Source: Magnetococcales bacterium (GTDB lineage Bacteria > Pseudomonadota > Magnetococcia > Magnetococcales > JADFYX01). From it: 64,000 nt of DNA. A program made the translations under genes and the position numbers. The DNA is taken from positions 19,683 to 83,682 of the forward strand of contig JADFZU010000005.1 in assembly GCA_015232365.1 (NCBI GenBank). The letters are read 5' to 3'. Under the pieces are notes generated by a model. It saw nothing but the letters and a program-made list of their open reading frames with translations, did not search any database and was not told where the DNA came from. Positions 47,101-54,605 of this stretch are shown here, piece after piece (position 1 is the stretch's first letter; each line of letters begins with the position of its first letter).

Positions 47101-47626
47101 CAAGATAGCTGATGATGGAGTTATAAGCTGGTCTGCAGAGAGGGTAGAGAGGCAGCACTCTGCAATTTCTGCCCACTTATTAAACCTCTCAATTCCAAAA
47201 AAACATTTAGCCGAAACCGTAGGCCGGGTAAAGTTGGCTTTGACAAGAAGTATTAAAGACAAACGTGGCCGTTGGATACTGGATGCCAACCATCTTGATT
47301 CACGTTCTGAGCTATCTATGAGTGGTTTTTTTGCTGGACGGAGAATTCGTGCTATAATAGACCGGAGTTTTATTGATAGTAACGGTACTCGCTGGATAAT
47401 AGATTTTAAAACCAGCTTTCATGCCGGAGGTGGTCTTGATGGTTTTTTAGATAATGAATCAATACGCTACCAAGATCAGCTCAACCGTTATGGTTTGGTT
47501 TTTTCCAAGCTTGAAGATCGCCCCATTCGCCTTGGACTATATTTCCCATTGTTGTCAGGTTGGCGAGAGTGGGCTTATGAAGATGATGTGAATAATCTTG
47601 AAAAGGAGAACATTAGTGGTAGATGA
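44177..47626 (+). CDS. AddA-like UvrD/Rep-family helicase with a C-terminal PD-(D/E)XK nuclease
   Basis: APAGSGKTG, LLVDEFQDTS, FLVGDPMQSIYRFR, TLHKAKGLEFDVVILPG, LLYVAVTRAKQQLHL and C-terminal RWIIDFKTS. Confidence 0.85.
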   Translation: MSIVLSDGSARSQALDPARSFIVQAPAGSGKTGLLSLRFLKLLAQVEQPEQVVAITFTKKAAAEMKSRILEAIVLAGDAVPTVDFQKQAWDLAKEVVKRDRQLEWGLIDNPGRLRILTIDSLCSTISRQMPVLSRLGGAPDIVEDSQPLFLEAARTTINHIDGDGELGKAVEVLLDHLDNNLNRVETLLGAMLSRREQWLRHVTGRRGVEVRKLLEESLEKIVFAEVRRVKSLIPNDLFEEIILVAREAGRQLQASGVSTGELAKWADIEEIAKDEKSALPALIGLGELLLTNSGSWRKTFTYKTGFPAPSNGRNPQEKAALKKSKARAGDLVVKLSRHDLFRLALHGTRALPPIRYNNGQWAILSALLNLLPVCAAHLKVLFSENRVVDFSEVSQSALYALGESDRPTDLALKLDYQISHLLVDEFQDTSRSQYELIKRLVAGWGEESGNTLFLVGDPMQSIYRFREAEVGLFLQARMAGIPPVKLTPLSLKVNFRSKAGIVNWVNSAMGDIFPIEEHISVGAVPYSDSVSFHPVGSEQAVSVHPMPPKDVLAEAGQVAAITAKARQEGFSVAVLVRSRNHLAHILPAFEDAGLRYQAVELHPLAGRPMIQDLLALTRALNHPADRIAWLAILRAPWCGLSVADIYQLVAASDHKKVTVWQIVADDDLPLKLSLHGRQRLLRFKEVMGATLKSRGRGDHFPGAGEWRRWVEGCWLALGGPATLAKDAELLDAETFFDLVETVEGSAGRLNLLLLNKKLEKLYAATDPHADPDLTVMTLHKAKGLEFDVVILPGLDRRTRGEERRLLTWLDGSLDDSSEATPLLAPIGRSDQEAEDEIQAYIRNIEKQKSSYETARLLYVAVTRAKQQLHLLAGTVEEGKKPQANSFLATLWPVLNEPFTKNQESSEEAGPGWAELTVMPDRALPAGWQMPELPDMVVNQGVVTQAEISTEEPVLFDWAGDTARLLGLVVHRYLSKIADDGVISWSAERVERQHSAISAHLLNLSIPKKHLAETVGRVKLALTRSIKDKRGRWILDANHLDSRSELSMSGFFAGRRIRAIIDRSFIDSNGTRWIIDFKTSFHAGGGLDGFLDNESIRYQDQLNRYGLVFSKLEDRPIRLGLYFPLLSGWREWAYEDDVNNLEKENISGR

Positions 47627-48287
47627 TTTTAAAACAACCGAAGCCTGGCGGGTGTTGCGTATTCAGGCTGAGTTGGTTGATGGTATTGAAGTTTTAAGAG
47701 GGTTGGGTGCAGCGGTGACAATCTTTGGCAGTGCTCGTTCAGGACCAAAGTCACAATATTATAAAGATGCGAAACTTTTAGGTCGCAATCTATCAAAAAA
47801 GGGTATTGCAGTTATTACTGGCGGTGGCCCAGGCATTATGGAGGCGGCAAATAAGGGGTGTCATAAAAAGGGCGGGTGCTCAGTAGGTCTTAACATTGCC
47901 CTGCCTTTTGAGCAGGCTCCAAATAAATATCAGGATATAAGCCTATCTTTCCGTTACTTTTTTATCCGTAAACTGATGTTCGCCAAACATGCAAAGTCCA
48001 TTGTTATCTTTCCAGGTGGTTTTGGTACCATGGATGAACTGTTTGAGGCGTTGACTTTAGTTCAGACCGAAAAAGTCAGTCCGTTTCCAATTATTCTTTA
48101 CGGTACAAAATATTGGCATGGGCTTTTGAATTGGTGGAGAGAGAGCGTTTTAGCTGATGGCTATATCAGTAAATCAGACCTAGACCTGATACGCTTAGTG
48201 GATACACCTGATGAAGCTATGAAAATTATTACAGATTTTATGGTGGATAGAAAAGAGTTGGGGCGTAAAAGAAGTAATACAAAATAG
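47616..48287 (+). CDS. LOG family (TIGR00730) nucleotide 5'-monophosphate nucleosidase
   Basis: TIFGSARSG, GGGPGIMEAANKG, PGGFGTMDELFE. I place the start at GTG 47616, 7 nt after aaggag, rather than TTG 47598. Confidence 0.85.
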   Translation: MVDDFKTTEAWRVLRIQAELVDGIEVLRGLGAAVTIFGSARSGPKSQYYKDAKLLGRNLSKKGIAVITGGGPGIMEAANKGCHKKGGCSVGLNIALPFEQAPNKYQDISLSFRYFFIRKLMFAKHAKSIVIFPGGFGTMDELFEALTLVQTEKVSPFPIILYGTKYWHGLLNWWRESVLADGYISKSDLDLIRLVDTPDEAMKIITDFMVDRKELGRKRSNTK

Positions 48288-48324
48288 GCCTGCCCGGTAT
48301 ATCTCATCTTATTAAATATCCGGT

Positions 48325-49722
48325 TTAGATGGTCTCTTGTTCTAGAATCCACTCATAAATCTTTTTCTCAAGGGTTTCAGTGTTGTTTCTTGATGAATCT
48401 TTTTCAATATAGTCCAACAGTGTATTCTGTAGCTCTCCCAGCCATGGACCTGGAGGTTTTCTGACCAAATTAAGAATGTCCCCACCTGAAATTGCTAAAT
48501 CATTGGTTCTAGGACGTTGTTTTGCTTTGCGAATGGCTTGGCAACTGGATAAAATATCTTGAAGGTTCTCTTCAGCTATGCGATGGCTGTCTGGAGTCAG
48601 CTCATCAATTGGTATTCCAGCTTGACTCCAAGCGTAGTGGAGGCGGTATAGCCCCTCTAATGGTATAGAGTCATTTAAAAGCCGCTTGAGAACCCGGTCA
48701 GATGGCGTAGAGTCAAGGTTCAAGTGGAATAGAAGGTTGGATATACGGCGTTGTCGGCGTTTTGAAAAACAGAATTTTTCAAGTATCTGTTTACAACAGA
48801 CCGGTGACTCTTCATGGGGAGCTTTAAGACCTGCAGAAGAGAAGAGCTGTTCTCTCTCACCAAATGTTGAACTGATGCCTATGAATAGTGCCGACCAACG
48901 TAGATCTAGTAGAGATAGCTCTTCTTTATTGGGTATAGATGATAGAGAAAGAATGGTTCTAATAGTACGCTCCCATAGTGTTTGCTTGGGGTTGCCACTA
49001 TCAATGATAACTTTTAGCTGGTCCAATTCAGGGAGTAGGTTGACCCCTAATGTAGTGTTAAGCATATAGCGAAATAGCTTGCGGTCAGACTCTGTTCGTA
49101 AAGGAAAAGAAAAAACTCTATCTAGCTCTGCCCTAAGCCGTTCTGGTATTACGTCATTAACCAGGGTTTCGGAGGACCGGGCAAGATCAACTGAGTCAGG
49201 CTTGAAAGATAGTTGTAGAGAAAAGCGGAAAAAACGTAGTGCACGCAGTGGGTCATCTTTTAAAGTTGCGGCTCCGTTAACAAGTCTGATTTTTCGGTTG
49301 GCAAGATCTTCCTGGCCTTTGAATGGGTCGGTAATAGGGCCGTTAGGCCAGAGGTAGGCCATGGCATTAATGGTGATATCTCGCTGCAATAGATCCTCTT
49401 CCACACTTGGCGGCTGGCCTTGTCGGTGGCGAAATGTTGATATTTCAACAGTTTTTGGCTTTTCACAGCCTTTTAGAGGTATGAACAGTACATTATGTCT
49501 GGAACTAGCAATTCCTGGAGAATAGCCTTTTTCAGTCAAAAGTTGCTGACACTCATAAAGAGGGCGGGCAACAAGAATATTCAGGTCGTTTGTCGGTGGC
49601 TTGTTTTGTAACCCATTGCGAACAGCTCCGCCTACCAGATATATCGGACCGATTAGATGGTGTAGATCATCTAACATTGTTTGCAGGGTCTTGGGCAGAC
49701 TGCTATTAAAGTATGGTATCAT
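48325..49722 (-). CDS. CCA-adding enzyme / poly(A) polymerase family protein with a degenerate catalytic motif
   Basis: YLVGGAVRNGL....NDLNILV aligns to GGxVRD....DxD of class II nucleotidyltransferases (RD to RN, DxD to DxN). EDLLQRDITINAMA is conserved, as are the body/tail helices. Confidence 0.75.
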   Translation of the reverse strand: MIPYFNSSLPKTLQTMLDDLHHLIGPIYLVGGAVRNGLQNKPPTNDLNILVARPLYECQQLLTEKGYSPGIASSRHNVLFIPLKGCEKPKTVEISTFRHRQGQPPSVEEDLLQRDITINAMAYLWPNGPITDPFKGQEDLANRKIRLVNGAATLKDDPLRALRFFRFSLQLSFKPDSVDLARSSETLVNDVIPERLRAELDRVFSFPLRTESDRKLFRYMLNTTLGVNLLPELDQLKVIIDSGNPKQTLWERTIRTILSLSSIPNKEELSLLDLRWSALFIGISSTFGEREQLFSSAGLKAPHEESPVCCKQILEKFCFSKRRQRRISNLLFHLNLDSTPSDRVLKRLLNDSIPLEGLYRLHYAWSQAGIPIDELTPDSHRIAEENLQDILSSCQAIRKAKQRPRTNDLAISGGDILNLVRKPPGPWLGELQNTLLDYIEKDSSRNNTETLEKKIYEWILEQETI

Positions 49723-49861
49723 AATTTCTTTTTAGATTAGACGTTAAGCTTGGCTAGTTTGTTTAATTGACATTCTGAATCCTTGCTATTTTGTCTATTT
49801 AACCAAAAGTGATTATTACATAATTTTCACAAATGTTAAGAGTATTGTTTGTATTAGGTCA

Positions 49862-51259
49862 ATGAATAAGAGAAAAAACTACCGCCCCATGTCGGTTATT
49901 ACCATGGGTTGCCGGGTAAATCAGTTTGAAACTGAGCTGTTACGTCACGGTGGGTTTGAGAGAGGCTTTTACATCGCCAAAGATATTGATGATGTTGAGT
50001 TAATTATCGTCAATACCTGCTCAGTAACAAGTGAAAGCGACAGGCAGGCTCGACAGCTAATCCGTCGTGCAGCAAAGGATAATCCCCAGGCAAAAATAGT
50101 TGTCACCGGCTGTTATGCCCAGAGAACACCGGAAATATTGAGCCAGCTACCGCAAGTTGCTCTGGTATTGGGTAATCAGGAAAAAAGTGAGCTATGGAGC
50201 TATGTAGATACTCTCTACCACGCAAATGGTAAGGAGGAGGTGCATACGCCCCATGGAGATGGAGCCAAATCTGACATAGATGCAGAAGGCTCTAACACTA
50301 CTATCCATGTAGGAAAAATATCTGAACTAGAGATGGTTCCCAGCCGTCCGGTTGTTGATACCTTTAGCGATCGGGCCAGAGCATTTTTACAGTTGCAAGA
50401 TGGTTGTGACAGGTCGTGCACCTATTGCCTCATACCAAGTGTTAGAGGTCCAAGCCGCTCTTTAACTTCTGAACAGATTTTAGCCCAGGCTGAAAGGTTT
50501 GTTGCTTCCGGTTTTAATGAGTTGGTTCTAACCGGTATCGATTTAGGCTCTTATGGTCTGGACCTCTCTCCAGCTATATCATTAGCTGATATTATTAGTA
50601 AGATTTTGAATATTCCTGGAGTAGGGCGGATAAGATTATCGTCAATCGACCCTGCTGATATTGATGATAAATTATTGGATCTTTTAGCCAGTGAAGATAA
50701 AATATGTGCCTATCTCCATCTATCTATCCAGTCTGGTGATGATATGATTTTGAAAAGAATGGGGCGCAGGTCTGACAGTCGGGGAACACTTGATAAGATA
50801 AAGCAGATTAAAAAAGCCAGACCGCAGACGGAAGTCGGTGCTGACCTTATTGTTGGTTTTCCAACTGAGAGTGATGAGGCTTTTCAAAATAGTTTGAAAT
50901 TGGTAGAGGAGGGGCGGTTGGTTTTTCTCCATATTTTCCGTTATTCAGACCGCCCTGGTACACCAGCAGCAAAAATCCCCAGTAATTTCAGGGTTTCTGG
51001 TGTTGAGGCAAAAAAAAGGTCGGAAATTTTACGTAAAGCTGGAGAGACAAACCTATCGCTAGCTGCTTTGGATAGGTTCGGGCAGACGGATTTAGTTTTG
51101 ATAGAGTCGATAGAAGGTGGTTTTGCAACTGGAAAAACCGACTCGTTTCTACCGGTTAAATTTGCTGTGAAAGGCGGAGAGAAAGTAGGTGAATTAATGA
51201 AAATCAGGCTAAAAAGTTTTGATAGTATTAATAGCCATTTAGGTGGCGTTGTCCAATAA
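49862..51259 (+). CDS. mtaB: tRNA methylthiotransferase MtaB (MiaB-like)
   Basis: TMGCRVNQFE N-terminal domain and radical-SAM CDRSCTYCLIP. The C-terminal region is TRAM-like. Confidence 0.88.
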   Translation: MNKRKNYRPMSVITMGCRVNQFETELLRHGGFERGFYIAKDIDDVELIIVNTCSVTSESDRQARQLIRRAAKDNPQAKIVVTGCYAQRTPEILSQLPQVALVLGNQEKSELWSYVDTLYHANGKEEVHTPHGDGAKSDIDAEGSNTTIHVGKISELEMVPSRPVVDTFSDRARAFLQLQDGCDRSCTYCLIPSVRGPSRSLTSEQILAQAERFVASGFNELVLTGIDLGSYGLDLSPAISLADIISKILNIPGVGRIRLSSIDPADIDDKLLDLLASEDKICAYLHLSIQSGDDMILKRMGRRSDSRGTLDKIKQIKKARPQTEVGADLIVGFPTESDEAFQNSLKLVEEGRLVFLHIFRYSDRPGTPAAKIPSNFRVSGVEAKKRSEILRKAGETNLSLAALDRFGQTDLVLIESIEGGFATGKTDSFLPVKFAVKGGEKVGELMKIRLKSFDSINSHLGGVVQ

Positions 51260-51305
51260 CTATCCACAGGTTTTTCAACAATTTTTGTGGATAAAATGTG
51301 GATAG
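51260..51305. terminator. Stem-loop with two alternative 3' partners between convergent mtaB and the PilZ gene
   Basis: ctatccaca (51260-51268) can pair with tgtggatag (51297-51305) or with tgtggata (51286-51293). T-rich loop. Confidence 0.35.
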
Positions 51306-51345
51306 TTAAATTTACGATAAAATATAATACTGAAAGTAAGAGTCT

Positions 51346-51705
51346 CTACTCGTCATCATCTTCATAATAGTCATCATCATCATCTTCTTCTTCGCTCTCA
51401 AAATCAAAAGCAACTCCTTCATTTGGCTTTATTCTGGATATAACGCAGTGAAAAGAGAGCTGAAATGTCTCTCCATCTTCGTTAGTCTCAACAAAAACTA
51501 CCCCTTCATCGCCAACGTTTAAACCAGTGAGTGGTTGTGAGCTCTCCAGAAATGCACCACTCATGCTTACATTTGTTGTCTCGCCAACAATAACTATACC
51601 GCTTCTGTCAGCTTCAAAGCGTAACTTGGCCCGAAAAGAGATCCGTTCATCCCGGTTTGTTTTATTTTCTAGGCTGTTGCTGCTCATTAGTTTGTTCTCC
51701 ATCAA
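51346..51705 (-). CDS. PilZ-domain (c-di-GMP binding) protein with a poly-acidic C-terminal tail
   Basis: RISFR (RxxxR) followed by NVSMSGAF (D/NxSxxG). The tail is ESEEEDDDDDYYEDDDE. Confidence 0.65.
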   Translation of the reverse strand: MMENKLMSSNSLENKTNRDERISFRAKLRFEADRSGIVIVGETTNVSMSGAFLESSQPLTGLNVGDEGVVFVETNEDGETFQLSFHCVISRIKPNEGVAFDFESEEEDDDDDYYEDDDE

Positions 51706-51750
51706 TTGTAGCGTATTTCAAAATTACAAACTGTCGCAATAATTTTTTTT

Positions 51751-51818
51751 AAAAAGAATGGGATGGTCCCAGGAAGGTGGCAAACCCCTTTCCAGTTAGA
51801 TTTGGGATAAGGTCCAAA
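51751..51818. repeat. Dispersed repeat family R2, copy 2 (downstream of pepN)
   Basis: atgggatggtcccaggaaggtggcaaacccctttccagttagatttgggataaggtccaaa is colinear with 14680-14740 (shared atggga, ggaaggtgg, cccctt.cc.agt and the second hairpin). Confidence 0.6.
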
Positions 51819-51884
51819 CTGTTACAAAAAAGAATTCTAAAAATCTATGAATTATAAAAACTTAACCATTTTTCCATCATTATT

Positions 51885-54545
51885 CTACCCCAAAATCTTA
51901 GTAACTATCTCATAGACATCCCTAGAAAGCTTTGGCTCTGCCGATATTCGTTTTAAAGCATTATGCATTTGCTCTTGTCTATCCTTGCTAAAGCGTCGCC
52001 ATTGGCTCATAGAGGTAAGTAGTCTTGCAGCAATTTGCGGGTTGGTCAGGTTTAGCTCCAACACCATATCAGCTAGAAATTGATAACCAGACCCTGAAAT
52101 ATCATGGAAGCAGTAAGGGTTGGAGTGGCAAAAAGTCCCAATCAAAGCTCTAACCCTGTTTGGATTCTTCAAGGTAAATAGTGGGTGGTCCATCAACTTT
52201 TTTACCTGGTTTAAAGTGTCAGGCAGTGGGGCCATGGCCTGCAGAGAAAACCATTTATCCATAACCAGTGGGTCATCACTCCATGATTTCTCAAATGCAG
52301 CTAAAACCTCAATCCGCTCTGGAGAGTCAATGGCAGTTAGAGGTGCCATTGCTCCCAGCGTATCTGTCATGTTGTCAGCTTTATAAAACCTATCAATTGC
52401 TAGCTTACGATAATCAGTGTTATTGGATGCTAGCAAATATGATAAGCTTATGTTTTTCAAAGATCTGCATCCAGCGTCATTAGGGGTGAATTTATATGAG
52501 GTATTTCTGGAATATTCATCCAATAACCTCTTGAAATCACCCTCTAGACTATTGGCCAATGTGGTGCGTAGCCATTCACGAACAGTGTGAACTCTTTGTG
52601 GATTTGGATTTTCTACTCTATCAATCAGCGTTTTTTGAGAGGGCAGTGTTAGAGTCAATGCTTTTGGGGCCGGAGATAATTTTTCATCGTTCAAAGTTTT
52701 GGCAAATGCGGCAATAAAACTTTGCACACGCTTTATATCTACAGTTTCTGGGGCTGCTTTTGAGCTAATAATTGCCTGTAATAGCCTGGTTGCCAGCTCT
52801 TGACCACCCTCCCAACGGTTAAATGTGTCTGAGTCGTGGCTCCATAAAAAGGCCAGATCTTCATCTTCTAAATTAATCTGCATTCGTACTGGAGCAGAAA
52901 AACCTCTTAACAGAGAGGGAACAGGTGGTTGTGATATTGAGGTAAATATAAACTGTTCCTGTTCATTTCTAAGTTCCAAAACCCGCTCTGTTGCTTTGGA
53001 AGGTGTCGCCTCTTCACCTTGTAAAATTAGTGGTAGATCATCACCGTTTCTATCTAGAAGGCCCATGGTAATAGGAATATGCAGAGGTTTTTTGTTTTTT
53101 TGACCAGGGGTTGGCGGACAAACTTGTTTGATGGTCAGCTTATAGGTTTTTTCATATGGATTGTGAATACCATCAACTTTCAAAAGAGGGGTTCCTGCCT
53201 GCTTATACCACAGTTTGAACTGCTTTAAATCTTTATCTGATGCAGACTCCATAGCAGCAATAAAATCGTCTACTGTCACTGCTTGACCGTCATGACGGTT
53301 AAAATAGAGGTCTATCCCTCGTCGATAGTTGTCAGCTCCTATTAAACGTTTGATCATGCCAACCAGTTCTGCCCCTTTTTCATAAATAGTCAGGGTATAG
53401 AAGTTGTTGATCTCCAAATATGAATCAGGCTGTACGGAGTGGGCTGTAGGACCAGCATCTTCAGGGAACTGGTTGCTTCTCAATAAGCTTACATCTTGAA
53501 TTCTTTGCACATCACTAGATATAGACTCACCAGAGAACTCCTGTTCCCTAAAGACCGTCAGTCCCTCTTTAAGGCTAAGTTGAAACCAATCCCGGCAGGT
53601 TACACGGTTACCTGACCAGTTGTGAAAATATTCATGGCCAATTACCGCCTCTATTAAGTGATAATCGCTATCAGTTGCACTCTCTGGTTTGGCTAAAACA
53701 TACTTTGCATTAAAAAGATTTAGCCCTTTGTTCTCCATTGCTCCCATATTAAAATCATTAACAGCAACAATCATATAGATGTCTAGATCATACTCAAGAC
53801 CATAGCGTTTTTCATCCCAGGCCATGGCTTTTTTCAGTGATATAAGGGCGTGGGCACATTTGTCCTGGTTTTGACTCTCCACATAGATCCGCAGGGAGAC
53901 ATTTCGACCTGATTTTGTGGTAAAACTATCCTCTTTGCAGATCAAATCACCTGCAACTACAGCAAATAGATATGCTGGCTTGGGAAAAGGATCTTGCCAC
54001 AGTGCAAAGTGTCTACCACCGTCCATTTCACCAGAGTCAATTAAATTACCGTTAGAAAGCAGAGTTGGAAACTTTTTGGCATCTGCTATCAACTTGGTTG
54101 TGTAGCTAGCCATGACATCGGGCCGGTCTGGGAAAAAAGTTATTTTTCTAAAGCCTTCAGCCTCACATTGTGAGCAGATAATGTCACCGGAACTATACAA
54201 CCCCTCTAGTGATGTGTTGGCCTTGGGAGAGGTCTCTACTGTACTCTCTAAATAAAATTTATCTGGGCAGTTGTTTATGGTGAGATGTTCAGTTGTTAAT
54301 TCATAACGGTCATCGTCTAATGAGTCGCCATCAATAGATATTGAGAGGAGTTTTAAATCACGGCCATTGAGAAGCAAATCTGCGGCTTTTTCAGTTGAGT
54401 CTGGGTTGCGTTCAAATTTGATTTTTGCCTGTACCAGACTTTTTTCTGGTTTAAGGTCAATTGTTAGATCTATCTGTCTTACTATAAATGGATAGGGTTT
54501 GTAATCTTTTAGTAGTTTAAGCTTTTTTGATTTATCAGCCGACAT
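51885..54545 (-). CDS. pepN: Aminopeptidase N (M1 family)
   Basis: GAMENKGLN exopeptidase motif, HEYFHNWSGNRVT...E zinc site. 886 aa. Confidence 0.95.
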   Translation of the reverse strand: MSADKSKKLKLLKDYKPYPFIVRQIDLTIDLKPEKSLVQAKIKFERNPDSTEKAADLLLNGRDLKLLSISIDGDSLDDDRYELTTEHLTINNCPDKFYLESTVETSPKANTSLEGLYSSGDIICSQCEAEGFRKITFFPDRPDVMASYTTKLIADAKKFPTLLSNGNLIDSGEMDGGRHFALWQDPFPKPAYLFAVVAGDLICKEDSFTTKSGRNVSLRIYVESQNQDKCAHALISLKKAMAWDEKRYGLEYDLDIYMIVAVNDFNMGAMENKGLNLFNAKYVLAKPESATDSDYHLIEAVIGHEYFHNWSGNRVTCRDWFQLSLKEGLTVFREQEFSGESISSDVQRIQDVSLLRSNQFPEDAGPTAHSVQPDSYLEINNFYTLTIYEKGAELVGMIKRLIGADNYRRGIDLYFNRHDGQAVTVDDFIAAMESASDKDLKQFKLWYKQAGTPLLKVDGIHNPYEKTYKLTIKQVCPPTPGQKNKKPLHIPITMGLLDRNGDDLPLILQGEEATPSKATERVLELRNEQEQFIFTSISQPPVPSLLRGFSAPVRMQINLEDEDLAFLWSHDSDTFNRWEGGQELATRLLQAIISSKAAPETVDIKRVQSFIAAFAKTLNDEKLSPAPKALTLTLPSQKTLIDRVENPNPQRVHTVREWLRTTLANSLEGDFKRLLDEYSRNTSYKFTPNDAGCRSLKNISLSYLLASNNTDYRKLAIDRFYKADNMTDTLGAMAPLTAIDSPERIEVLAAFEKSWSDDPLVMDKWFSLQAMAPLPDTLNQVKKLMDHPLFTLKNPNRVRALIGTFCHSNPYCFHDISGSGYQFLADMVLELNLTNPQIAARLLTSMSQWRRFSKDRQEQMHNALKRISAEPKLSRDVYEIVTKILG

Positions 54546-54605
54546 TATTTGTCCTATTTAAGAGTTGGTACTGTTGGAAGGCCGCACCAACCCCATCAAT
54601 ACTGG

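Noticed and set aside
54546-54605. Possible third copy of repeat R2 (ttggaaggccgcaccaacccc) between pepN and the FAD oxidoreductase gene
   Set aside because: Only a short ggaagg...cccc resemblance. It forms its own gttggt/accaac hairpin and does not align colinearly with the two R2 copies.
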